From NCBI GenBank assembly GCA_053919585.1, contig CM132812.1: a stretch of 64,000 nucleotides of DNA, one strand, 5' to 3'. The translations under genes and the position numbers were made by a program. The notes under the pieces are model-generated. The model was not told the DNA's origin. It saw only the letters and a list, made by a program, of their open reading frames with translations, and searched no databases. Each line of letters starts with the position of its first letter. The first letter of the stretch is position 1. Shown here piece by piece: positions 1 to 11,912 of this stretch. The stretch comes from Euprymna scolopes. Its lineage: Eukaryota.

Positions 1-207
1 ATATCTTAAATCACACTTGTATGGCATTCTCACAATGTATTTCTTATAGAAATAGCTCCAGACAAAGCATAGAGACACTTATAGTTAAACATATCACTTC
101 GAGGTAAAACAAAACAACTAGCAAACGATATGTTATCTGGATAGATTCCAACTCAACAGATACCAATTCTTACCTTTTTCTGAAACGTCGCTGATTTGAT
201 AAATAAC

Positions 208-562
208 GGTTGGTTTGTTGGTTGGTTGTTTTTGCTTTACGGCATATCAACCCTGGTCAAGTTATTTATTGCCGAATAAAATTTGTTAATAGAATACATT
301 TTCTTTTCAAGTCGGTTTCTATTTAATCCATATCTGGGACCTTAACAGGTACGAATCCAGTTATTTTGAAGAAAATCTTTTTAATAGAATATATATTTTT
401 TTCAAGTCGGTTTCTATTTGACACATAGTTGGGTTCCTTACAGGAAACCACTCCGGGTCAGATTGGACCTGGGAGCAATGGAAATTAAAGGTTGGCTCCA
501 CATCCTCAAAGTCCGCAAGCTGGGGCCTCACAATCGGATATAGTTTAAGGTTATATCCAGGA
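208..562. repeat. Dispersed interspersed repeat (SINE-like) with a short internal duplication
   Basis: (GGTT)n-like start followed by TTTACGGCATATCAACC and ACCACTCCGGGTCAGATTGGACCTGGGAGCAATGG. TTTTCAAGTCGGTTTCTATTT occurs twice (~305 and ~399). It resembles a common cephalopod repeat as I recall it (not searched). Confidence 0.5.
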
Positions 563-1941
563 TTGATAAATAAAGGACAAAATGAGAGAAACAAATTGTT
601 TTGAGGCTTCCGAAAATAACCGAAGATCCATTTTTCTATCTGATTTAATTATTTAGTAGCGTCCTCTATCTGAGAATCTAAGGGATCAACTTTTATCTGT
701 CTGAGAATCTAGGGGGCCTAAATCATATTGATGATATTGTTTCTTTGATAAACAATATTAAATCGAAGTCGATTTTATTTGTTTTGATTTGCATAGAACA
801 CGGATGGGTTGTTCCTAACTGCTCTCCAAACAAATGTCCCCCACCTGACACTTTCAACGATAACAATTCATATCTCAAATTTTCCAATAATCGACCTTGT
901 CCTGATTTCTAATATCTAGAAGTCTTCACCGACAATGTGTCCCATAAGCGTAGAGCGCAATCAAATCTCTCGACAAATTCTGGAAGGCCGTTAAAAAACT
1001 CAAATTATTTAAAGTATCAGTCGAATTCATCTTACTCTATGAAGCAGACGCCTGAACATTAAATTCTGCTCGATCCATGCACGTTTGCACTTGTTCAACC
1101 TACTTTTAAAGTTGTCTAGCTACGTATCCTAACAAGACGACTTATGTTGGAAAAGTGTCTTTGTGGCTCACAAAAGTAAATCGAGGAGCTGTAGAGCTCT
1201 CACCTTACAATCAAAACTCTTCTGGAATTCGACATTGTTTTTCGAAGCGAATAAAATTAGTTAAAACACTAAAAACTTATCTTGCTATGTAGGAGGGTAA
1301 CTATCTTGCCTTCGATGAAATTTGTTATGAATGGGATTTTCCCGGCATTACGCATAAACAACGTATTTTTCCTTAAATATTTTAAAAAATAAATAACATT
1401 AAAAACACTTAAGCTATAGCAAGTTTCATTGTCCCTGGAAAACATCTAAATGAAAACTAGAACGGAAAATATAGTCGCCATTTTTATAATAAACAAGTTG
1501 AGAAAAGTGTCTTGCTACGGAAATAAATACGATAACTCTTGCTTACAATCATGTTAAAAAAAAACTATAAACTTGAGTTACCTTTTTTCCTTAGCTATGC
1601 CCATTATATTTTTTCTGTCAGTTATGTGGAGGTATCCTACTGTAATCAAAAATCTTCTGGAAAAAAGATTGGGATGTCGAGATTGGGGCTTCTGGTCGCA
1701 GTGCCTGAGTCAGTATCATGACATAAGACTTACAAGTATATTTTACCGTTAATGGATGGACGGCTAAAAACAAGTCGAAAAAGAAGTGTTATTGGAGATT
1801 TTTGTTCTACTTTGAAAAAGTTTAGATATCTATGCTTTAAAGTCAGTTTAATTTTGGACAATTTTGTCTTTCAGGAAATGATGTTATCTAATGTATAAGT
1901 AATAAACTGTTGGTGAGAAATTTGGTGAATGCGGTCAATAA

Positions 1942-2690
1942 CGTTATGAAATAGGTAGAGCAGAATAAATTATATATCGATCTAGCTATCTGTCCATCTC
2001 GATATATTAATCTATCTAAGTGGAGAGGTAGACAAGAGACGGATATGATGAATATTTATAAAACCTGTCAAAATCTAACAAAGCTACATCGTAGAGAAGT
2101 TTGCCGGCACGTCTGGTCAGCTTATCGAATCTACATGCATGTCACGTGGTCAAGTTAGCTGGAGATCAGAGGAGTTGGAACTTGGGACTAAAGCAGAGCG
2201 GTTGGGCTTTACGGTTGTCTCTCCTCCCCTCTTGGGAGCGAGTAACGTATCTTTCAATGGAGACTGTTAAAACACAAGCAAAGAAACTCACTTTCCATTT
2301 TCATCTGCGCGACATCCTGGAAAGTGAAATAAAAACTAATATGAAAACCTACCAGCGATCTTGGAGTGAATGTGCTTCGTCCAAAAAGTTCCAGTCCCCT
2401 CCAAGAACAAGATGAAGTCAGGATGGACCAGGTTCAGTGAGAAGAGATGATACAGGTATGTCGAAGATACAGATATGACCCACACACGCACTCATATAAA
2501 CATTAAACGATCACGAAACATAACAATGGGTTAAAAAAATGAAGAACCGCTGATAGACATTTAGTGACACGTTTAGGACACGTCACAAACAAACACGAAA
2601 CGTATACAACCGTTTATATGGGTGCCGTTCATGTTTAGATAACGTAACACGACACATTTTAGTTCCGTTTTTGTACCCGATTATGTAACA
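1942..2690. mobile_element. Solo-LTR-like dispersed repeat, copy 1
   Basis: Colinear with 21269-22005 over its whole length. Termini are (C)GTTATGAAA...ATTATGTAACA, a TGTTA...TAACA LTR-type inverted end with the first T changed. No clear target-site duplication (TSD). Confidence 0.6.
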
Positions 2691-2744
2691 AACATTGATA
2701 ATATGGATTAGTTCGATTGTTTGAATTACACTTCTCATGCAGTG

Positions 2745-2880
2745 ATGTCATTCTCACAGGGTTTCCGTCGATGTAACACCGAATTTTCTACAAATGACAC
2801 TTTTCGAACTCGGGGATCTACGTAGAATTTCGTACTCAACTCTTTATTTAACCTATAGGTAAGATTGCTCTCGTTCTGCC
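2745..2880 (-). mobile_element. Degenerate Penelope-like pseudo-LTR fragment, same family as 3780-3976
   Basis: TCACAGGGTTTCCGTCGATGTAACACCG...TTCGAACTCGGG is similar to the left arm of the 3780-3976 palindrome (TCACAACCTTTCGTCGATGTAACGTCCG). Confidence 0.45.
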
Positions 2881-3779
2881 CGCCACAATTATAAAGTAGG
2901 GTAAAGTATTTTTTCTGACTTAGTATCACTTGCAGTGATAACTGAACTATCAATCCATGAAGGCATCACGTGAAACTGATTGACACCTTTATCTATTGCG
3001 CAACTGTACTAATTAAATTATCTCTATTTAAGAAACTAATATTCTTAATCGTTGATGTTAAGCCAGTACAAAAGGGGTGATATTTCGGAATACCAGGTGC
3101 TGTATGCACTCTCAAATTATCTCTGAATTGTTTTCAGTCCTTCGGGATTTCTCCATGTCACTAAAATCGAGCAGTGTCGTACACGTAAGAATGACAATAC
3201 CTTAATTTATAAAAATATAACGGTACCTTTACTGTGGCTTTTAGTGGTGAGGGTTGGTAGGAAGAAGAGACACACAGAAATTTGGCGACTGACTCTCGGC
3301 TTCTGCTCCCCAAAACAAAACTAACCTCAACTCAATTCAGGCCGCTGTCATGCAATCGCTTGTGACATTTCTCTATTTTGACAAGTGATTTCAAGCCTCT
3401 GTTCGATGTTCTACTCTCGCCAGTTTTATTAAAACTGGCCTTTTAAAATTATTTTTTTTGACGTTCGATTGTCGCCAACTTCATTCGTTCTTGTTTTGTC
3501 AAATGTTTTTGGGAAATTTTTATTCCTTTTGTTTCACATCTGATTGTCGTTAATTGAATTTTTAAGATTTTCGGTAGACACGGCCCTGATTACTCAACAA
3601 TAGAATACGCATGGTTGAGCATTGTGCAACCCATAGTTACTATTAAAGAGAATATATATTGTCTCTTAATACTAAACGGAGGCCATGGGTGCGAATCTTG
3701 CAGAGTCTTACCTCCATAAAGAGAATATTCAAACAAGCAGTTTCTTGACGTTTCGGAATTTTTGAGATGAGGATTGGTT

Positions 3780-3976
3780 ATTCGTATTATTTGGATTTAT
3801 CGGACTACTGTTCTCATCTTGAGTGTGATTTTCACAACCTTTCGTCGATGTAACGTCCGAGTTACATCGACCAGAGTTCCCTAGTTCGACAAAATACACC
3901 TGAAGAAGGTCGGAGGTTACATCGAACGAAACGTTATGAAAATCACAGTAGTCTGATGAATCCAAATAATACGAAG
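3780..3976. mobile_element. Fold-back Penelope-like pseudo-LTR remnant containing a hammerhead motif
   Basis: Arm TTCGTATTATTTGGATTTATCGGACTACTG...TTTTCACAACCTTTCGTCGATGTAAC is the reverse complement, with mismatches and indels, of GTTACATCGAACGAAACGTTATGAAAATCACAGTAGTCTGATGAATCCAAATAATACGAA. Confidence 0.65.
3897..3938 (+). ncRNA. Minimal type I hammerhead ribozyme (partly degenerate)
   Basis: cac-CTGAAGA-a-ggtcgg/aggttaca/tcgaac-GAAAC-GTT-atg. The core is intact and stem III is the palindrome AACGTT. Stem I 3' strand reads atg here but gtg in the inverted arm. Confidence 0.6.
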
Positions 3977-4202
3977 TAGTTTATTGTATTGCATATTGTT
4001 AAACGTTGGACAGATCTGTTGAGAGGGACTAAATCGTTTTCATCGTTTTTCATTATATAATGACATCGACAATTTATGTCTCCATCTGACATAAAATCGA
4101 AATTACATCTGAGCACATATAGCTGCCCTGGACGGAATACACGTTTACCTTTATTCTCAACTAAATTATACTGGTTCCATATTTGACAAACAGCATATAC
4201 AA

Positions 4203-4460
4203 NNNNNNNNNNNNNNNNNNNNNNNNNNNNNNNNNNNNNNNNNNNNNNNNNNNNNNNNNNNNNNNNNNNNNNNNNNNNNNNNNNNNNNNNNNNNNNNNNN
4301 NNNNNNNNNNNNNNNNNNNNNNNNNNNNNNNNNNNNNNNNNNNNNNNNNNNNNNNNNNNNNNNNNNNNNNNNNNNNNNNNNNNNNNNNNNNNNNNNNNNN
4401 NNNNNNNNNNNNNNNNNNNNNNNNNNNNNNNNNNNNNNNNNNNNNNNNNNNNNNNNNNNN
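4203..4460. other. N-run (gap or hard mask). Others at 7689-7844, 24859-25080, 30364-30509, 31231-31365, 31810-31950, 36259-36486
   Basis: Runs of N read directly from the sequence. Confidence 0.99.
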
Positions 4461-4985
4461 AAATATGTTAAAAAACACTTTAAAATGAGTTAAAAACATA
4501 TTTAATCTGAAAAGGAAACACTAGATAAATGGATAGTCCTTAATCCGCGGAGTTTCGAAGAAATACTTTCCTTCTCATCAGAGGGTAGGAATTAGCAAAA
4601 TGCGGGATCGGATTTTGCATGCAAAAGTATTTGATGAAACAACAAGTAAGTAAAAGATCTTACTTGAAAACAAAAAAAAAGTGAAGCAGAGTGAATATGG
4701 TGAAGAAAAAGGTGATTACACATGAATGGATAGTCTGGTGGAAGATAAATAATCCAGTGACTGTAAAATCCAAATGAAAAACTTCAAGAAAGTTAAAAGA
4801 ATTTCCATTTGTACAAGTAAAATCCAAGGAAATCCCGTAATTTGAAAAAGATGGTCCATAATAATCCAAAGACAGAAATCCATGGAATAATTCACAAAAA
4901 TGTGTACAAGGAAAAAAGAAAAGATTCCAATAATATTAATAAAAGAAAAATAAGATATGCTTTTCACTCTACTTCCGAGACATAG

Positions 4986-4988
<3 letters not shown>
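4461..4988 (-). mobile_element. Penelope-like pseudo-LTR remnant with a degenerate hammerhead; related to 22790-23240
   Basis: Shares TTCTCATCAGA...GAATT..GCAAAAT...ATTTTGCA..GAAAC.ACAA and the AATCCA-rich tail with 22790-23240. Ends in (TA)n. Confidence 0.5.
4534..4588 (-). ncRNA. Degenerate type I hammerhead ribozyme
   Basis: Minus strand: ccct-CTGATGA-gaaggaa/agta/tttcttc-GAAAC-tccgcgga-TTA-agg. Stem II is 7 bp and stem III is near-palindromic, but the cleavage triplet reads TTA with a C-T mismatch where GTA is expected. Confidence 0.55.
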
Positions 4989-5049
<61 letters not shown>

Positions 5050-7055
5050 CTATGACGTTTTAATACAACAGATTACTTTTACATATACTATTGGTTCCAT
5101 TCCTTCTAATCCTTTTTTAAATATGCTTATTTACAATTCCTGACTTGCATGGAGAAATTGTATAATTCAATCTGGAAAATATTTCGACATTTTCAATACG
5201 TTTTCGTCGAGTGGTTTTCATATTGATGTTGACAATTCTTGCTGAGTTTTATTTCGATGTGAAAAATCCTATATTTGTACAGTTTCCTTCATGGTTTCTA
5301 AAACCACAACTTCACTCGCTTGTGCTTTCAAACAAACCCATGATTTGTCTCCCTTGCTCTCTCTTATGTGACGATGTGACGTTTTATCTGTTTCTTGCTC
5401 ACAAAAAGTCGAGATGACATCTGAGTACATAAAGGTACCCTCGACGGGACACAATTTTCTCTTTATTCTCAACTTACTGAATTATGTCAGTTCCTTAATT
5501 TAACAAACAGGATATACAAACTATAAACGATCTAATTAGGAAATACGATATACGCATGAAATTCAAATACCTACATTTGGAGAAAACCTTTTTACGTATC
5601 ATGCATCATTAAAACAAGAACACTGACGTAACGAATAAAGTTCGGTATGAAATTCAGTTTTAAGCCATACGCTTTTGGAAGGTGGAGGTTCAAGTTTCAG
5701 TGCGGGCGATACTTAGAATACAATTGTGAATTACGTAAGACTTCTACCCGATCTGACAAAATAAAACCACGTTTTCTACGTGAATTAAATTAAGGATTCG
5801 GTTCGAAATTACTTACAGATTCCCAAGTTCGACAAGATAGACCTAAGGAGAGTCGACACATTGTTACAGTTATACTGAAGACAAGAACACTACTTCGAAT
5901 AATCCAAACCATAAAATAATAATGTATCTTAACCATAAAAAGTATTTTTCTTCGATTATTTCTCATAAACTCAGTAGGTACGTATTTATTATATAAATAT
6001 ACAGCTATTTTATAAATGCATGTAAACTCACACAAGTATAAAAACATGGTTTTTTAATGTGGTTTAATGGCTTATACAGTAATTACTATAGCTGGGCTTT
6101 ATTGCCTATAAATTGCTTTAATGCAATGCATCCCATTAGCGTGTCTGCTATGTGAATCAATATATAAGTACGTAACTCACATAGAGACGAATAACATTTA
6201 ACAATATCATATTCAGTCAAAACATTTTCTGAATATAGAAAAAAAAATACACAAAATGATCCAAATTTAAAGAACAACGTAAAAATTTCTGAAATTCTGT
6301 AGAAATGATAAAAAAAGTTTTGTTTATCACACATTCACCTGAGTAGAAAAGTAGGGAATTAAAAAAAAAGCAGTTGAGAATATTCATGTGAAGTCCTTGA
6401 GAAATCAAAAAAAGAAAACAGCACAGTTCTAGAAAAAGGTAAACAATTCAATAAGATAATAGCTATATTGGTTTTACCACCACTAATGCTCGTCACCGAC
6501 TTACGTTGCACTTTGTAAAATTTACCTGATTTTATCAATATTTTACAAAACTCTTTATTGCCCCCGCTCTATTCTAAATCAAATTATATCTCATTATACG
6601 ATAATAATACCATCTAGCCGAGATCACAGTGTAGTGTCTGTTCTTCAGATGCTGCACTTCAATTTCTTGTTCTCTGTAAGTGGAGGAGAAGTGCTTAGCG
6701 ACTGAGACAATATTTAATTTTTGTTCCTTTTCTCCACGTTAAAAAAAACGACCCTGGTGTCTAACTCTGTCCTGTGGGGAGACATTGTAAATAGGAATAA
6801 TACCTTCTGAAATAAATGTAAAAAATATAATCAAAGCTATGTTTTATATATGCCCATATATAATATTTGTATTTTAAATATTCATTATTTTTACCTACAG
6901 ACATTAGTAGTTCATTCTTATTCAATCTTAAGTATACGAAATAATAAATACTGCCAGTCGAAGAATTTGAATCTTGTTGACTTTGCAAGCTTGTACAAAA
7001 CCTCTAGATATATGCCATTTCACATTTATTAGAAAATTACGGGCTGAAATGCTAG

Positions 7056-7470
7056 TATATATATAAAAGTGAACATGTCTGTGTGTTTGCCTGTGTTTCT
7101 GTCTGTGTACATTTCCCTACGCAATAACTACAGACTCGAAATTTGATATACAGGGTACTGAGATTTGGGAAAATCTATCTGATCGGTTTTCGGTAAGACA
7201 TTCGGCTGTTAAGGGGTCAAATTTCAACGATTTGACTTTTGAGAACTCTACGAAACTCCTCCGATAATTTTGGGTCTAAACACTTGAAATTTTAGATATA
7301 GGTTCCTTGGACATGGATCTGACTTAATAACTGATCCCAAAACAATAAATGTTAAGGAGTCATAAAAGGGGCCAAAGTTTAAAAAAAAAAATTACCGTGT
7401 TTTTTTTTTTTTTTTTTTTTTTGCTCAGCATACACCTCCAAACACCCGGCACCGCCGGGCACCCATGCTA

Positions 7471-7471
<1 letters not shown>
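7056..7471 (+). mobile_element. Non-autonomous Helitron, family A
   Basis: 5' TATATATAAAAGTGAAC with a CTGT-like tract. 3' hairpin CCCGGC-ACC-GCCGGG (7445-7459) then CTAG|T (7468-7472). Inverted homolog at 10364-10766. Starts directly after another CTAG at 7052-7055. Confidence 0.8.
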
Positions 7472-7521
<50 letters not shown>

Positions 7522-7844
7522 AAGTGATGGTTGTGTAGTTCCAACGAGAGAAAAAATGTATTTTAAAAGAGTGTAGCCATCAACAATTGTGTTTTTTTTA
7601 AAGGTCTTCATCATATTTTTATTTTATTTTTATTTTTAAATTTTTAAAATAAAAATATGATGAAAACCTTTAAAAAAACCCACAATTGNNNNNNNNNNNN
7701 NNNNNNNNNNNNNNNNNNNNNNNNNNNNNNNNNNNNNNNNNNNNNNNNNNNNNNNNNNNNNNNNNNNNNNNNNNNNNNNNNNNNNNNNNNNNNNNNNNNN
7801 NNNNNNNNNNNNNNNNNNNNNNNNNNNNNNNNNNNNNNNNNNNN

Positions 7845-8237
7845 TGGAAGAGTTATTCTTTTTTCTGATTTTTTTTTTAGATACCTTTTTCAATCGCCGG
7901 ACAGTCTTTTTTATTTTAGCTGGCATGTTGTATAAAATTGCGTCCAAAAGTTCTTGTTCAGCCATATTCGACTCAAGCGCTTTCTATCTCGGTGATTAGA
8001 AAAGATATTCAGAAAAAACTACTTTTCACCCCATTACAATTTTAACCGGCTAAATACCAATAAAAAAAACAGCCCGTAAAAAATCCAATCATTTGAGACC
8101 CCTAGCGACGCTCTACGACTTTTAGTTTCCGGGGAGATAAAGTTTGAAAATATGGAGACAGCCAAACAAACCCACAGATCGACTGACCGACCGACAGACA
8201 GATAGATAGACATACATATAGCCGTTTATATATTAGA
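7845..8237 (-). mobile_element. Non-autonomous Helitron, family B (5' part)
   Basis: Minus strand starts A|TCTAATATATAAACGGCTATATG, then a (TCTG/TCGG) tract and TCTCCATATTTTCAAACT...AAAAGTCGTAGAGCGTCGCTAG...CAAATGATTGG, matching the copies at 11913-13278. Confidence 0.75.
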
Positions 8238-8454
8238 TATATATGAAAACAGAGAGATATAGAGAGAGAAAAAGAAGAGAAGAGGTAACGACTAAGAACA
8301 CTTTTAAAATAATGGTTCAAAAGAAAAGTTTATAAGGAACTATGACGGTCGTTTACGTAATAATATATGTACAATATAGACGTGTACAATATATATACAA
8401 TGTAGATGTTTACAATATAGATGTGTATATGTATATATTTAATCTCCTGTAATA

Positions 8455-8513
<59 letters not shown>

Positions 8514-8545
8514 GCTTGTATATATACGTATTTATCCATCTATTT

Positions 8546-8690
8546 ATATAAAGAGAGATAGACAGGGAGAAAGAAAATGAGAGAGAGAAAGAGAGAGAAA
8601 GAGAGAGATCGAGATCATGCTATATAAAGAGAGATAGACAGAGAGAAAGAAAATGAGAGAGAGAAAGAGAGAGACCGAGATCATGCTATA
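8546..8690. repeat. Tandem duplication of a ~75-bp (GA)-rich unit
   Basis: TATATAAAGAGAGATAGACAG.GAGAAAGAAAATGAGAGAG...CGAGATCATGC occurs twice in tandem. Confidence 0.8.
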
Positions 8691-9186
8691 TTGCTATTAT
8701 TTCCTAACTGTTAATCACAGACTGGTTGATAACTCTACACACCAAGGTATATGTCAACCCTTAGACAGTATATGAGTAATTTACATTGCAGATTAAGATG
8801 GAAGCTTTCTAAACTAGATTTACAGAGGTTAGTTAGCTGAATGGCTTATGTAAATTATTTTAAATATATTTTTCTTTGAACGTAGGGTTGATGTCTGAGG
8901 AGCAAACTATAATATGGCATAAAGACATAGTTTCGCTGGCTGGTTGTTTATGAATGAAGCACATCCGTAACGTGAACCGAAAAAAAAACTATTAAAGATT
9001 TAAACAAAAGAATCTCGCCTTTGAAATCAAGCGAATTAGTTCCTTATATTACAGATGCTCTGAAACCACAAAAGATAACAATTGAGCTTAGAATTTTTTT
9101 ACCTTTTTATTTTATGTTTTTATTTTCATTGATATGTTAGTGTTTCACGATTGGTATGTATTATAAGAATTGTTAAAAAATTATAC

Positions 9187-9238
<52 letters not shown>

Positions 9239-9249
9239 CTATATATATA

Positions 9250-9597
9250 TATTACAACAGAAAATGTGAGCATGAAAAGTAATATGGTTAAGCTTAAACA
9301 TGGAAAATTAAAGCATTAGTTGTTGAAACTGGAAAAGAAAAGGACAAGATATTCTAGAAAAAAATATAATAAATTTATAACTTAAAATAAAATGCAGCAT
9401 TAAAATTGATTATATAATGTTATAAATTGAATTTTAAAAAATTCTTAATGCTTCAATATTTTAAGTTATAAATTTATTATATTTTTGGTTAGAATATCTT
9501 GTCCTTTTCTTTTTCAGTTTATACAACTAGTCCTTTAATTTTCCATGTTTAAGCTTAACCATTTTACTTTTTATGCTCGCATTTTTCTATTGTAATC
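9250..9597. repeat. Long fold-back inverted repeat (~155-bp arms, ~40-bp spacer)
   Basis: ATTACAACAGAAAATGTGAGCATGAAAAGT...GGTTAAGCTTAAACATGGAAAATTAAAG...AGGACAAGATATTCTA pairs with TAGAATATCTTGTCCT...CTTTAATTTTCCATGTTTAAGCTTAACC...TTGTAAT. Confidence 0.85.
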
Positions 9598-10363
9598 CAT
9601 GATTTTCTAGGATTCCAGTGAATTCCCTTGTTCTTTGTTTAACTTTAGTCTAATTTTCTGCCCCCTAAACATAACATACAAATATATATAATAACAATTT
9701 ACGGCACTCGTCTGCTTTCAATGATATCCCTTCCCAATTATCTCCCTTTCATGCTTTCATTCTGTCTGTTTCACTAGTTACTTCTCTTTTCACAGGAGCG
9801 GTGAATTGGTAGCAACAGTAGTCGCTGAAGCGACGTGGTTGCTGTGGAAACCAGTCATAAAAAATGTCACTCACCCCGTTACGTTTTTTTACGATTTTAA
9901 ACACCAGTAAATTCATCATAACTTTTTTTTATTATTCGTATGCAGGTGTGTGTATTTAAATAGGCAAACAATGAACTCTTCCTTCCCCCTCTAATTCTGT
10001 ATTTCCTTATTACTCTATTTTTCTATCCTTCCCTGTTCCTTGTTGTTTCGTCTTTCTCTCTTACTTTTTCTTTTCTTTTCTCTTTTCTTTTTGTTTTACC
10101 ACTCATGTTTTGTCTCTCCCACCACTACCCCTTTAAATTTTAGAATAAGATGTCAATTGGATACATTTTTCACTTTTGATATTTATAAATATAATGCATA
10201 AGCTTTTTCTTTTTCTTTTCTTTTCTGTTATTTATTTATTTATTTCATTTTGCTTTGTCTGTCTACAGAAACCGTTTTTATTCACAAATTGAAATTCATT
10301 TGGAGTGGACTTTGAAACTCATATATTATAATTATAAAAAATATAAAATAAATATATAAAGAA

Positions 10364-10766
10364 CTAGCACTTACGCCCGGCGTTTCCCGGGTGTTTGGAG
10401 GGGTATGTTGAGCAAAAAAAAAAAGCGGTCAATTTTTTTAACTTTGACCCCTATTATGACTCATTAAAATTTATTGCTTGGGGCTCAAATCAAGTTATGA
10501 AGTTAGATCCATGTCTAAGGAACCTATATCTAAAAATTAAATTTTTTAGTCCCAAAATTGTTGGAGGAGCTTGGTAGAATTCTCAAAGGTCAAATCGTTG
10601 AATTTTGACCTCTTAACAACCAAATTTCTAGCCGAAAACCGATCCAAAAGATCTCCCCAAATCTCAGTACCCTGTATATCAAATTTCGAATCTGTAGACC
10701 AAAATTTGACAGAGTTATTGCGTAGGGAAATGTACACAGACACGTTCACCTTTATAGATATACAGA
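10364..10766 (-). mobile_element. Non-autonomous Helitron, family A, canonical termini
   Basis: Minus strand A|TCTGTATATCTATAAAGGTGAAC...CCCGGGAAACGCCGGGCGTAAGTG-CTAG|T. AT target with no TSD. Homologous to 7056-7471. Confidence 0.85.
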
Positions 10767-11416
10767 TTATATGTTTATTAAAAAAACAGCTTCAACGGAT
10801 TTATATAATAATTTATTTACCGGACTCATCATCTTTAGAAAGAAGAAACCAGGGAATTATGCCTACTTCGGATTGTTACCTTGTGCCGTGGATTAATCAA
10901 AATACAAATGGGATCTCTTTACCTCACTGCTACCAAAGATTTTCATTTCGGAATTTACAACACAATTTGGATATGAAATTCAATATCCTTTTCATTTTGA
11001 ACCAATATATACTTTCCCTTACTCTATGATATTTAAAAACTTTAAAAATTTTAAATATGATTTTTACCTTTTATTGTTTTTAGCAAATTAGGTATAAACC
11101 ATTATAATATTTGCTAATATTTTCTCCTCTGAGGGGATGGGTAGACATCAAAAACTTACAGGTTTAAGAGATATACTAATTGAAATGTATTCTTTGCTTG
11201 CATATAATAAGCATTTCTAGATTTGAAATTTAACCATTTTAAGTCATAAAATTTAAATGACTAAATTTTGATGTATCACACACACACACACCACACACAC
11301 ACATATGTGTAATACACAAATATTTATATATATATATATATCATACTACTAACACGCGAAAACACACAGACAGAAACACACACACAAACACACACACATA
11401 TATATAAATATATATG

Positions 11417-11465
<49 letters not shown>

Positions 11466-11745
11466 GAGCCGTATGTATATTTTGCTCTTAACACGCGTAC
11501 AGCATAAATACGCACATCTAAATTTCTTTTGAATGTAAAGCTCATGTTTCTAAAAGTAAATCGTTTCTAAGAACAGCAAAACACCAAACAAAATATTAGC
11601 AAATATATAATGAGTTCTCGTGCTGCAATTCATATTTGATTCGTTCGAGAAGGAAAACCTAATTACCTTAGACCTTAACAATCATAGTCACTTCTGAATG
11701 TAAAGTGTCGAATCAAATTTTATAACATAGTTTTTTTCAAGATGC

Positions 11746-11812
<67 letters not shown>

Positions 11813-11912
11813 CTTTCCATCGATTAGGCTATACATAATTAAATATACATACCAAGTGCGCATGCAAAATTTTATATTCATATGAAATATTATAAACAAT
11901 TTTGATCTATAA

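Noticed and set aside
2101-2415. 104-aa ORF as a host gene
   Set aside because: It lies inside the LTR-like repeat, the second copy has indels and no matching ORF, and I recognise no domain.
6608-6655. Minus-strand CTGAAGA-acag...ctgt hammerhead candidate
   Set aside because: A stem II is present but GAAA is replaced by GATC and stem III is unconvincing.
10571-11029. 152-aa ORF
   Set aside because: It crosses the Helitron boundary at 10766 into unrelated sequence and has no recognisable domain.
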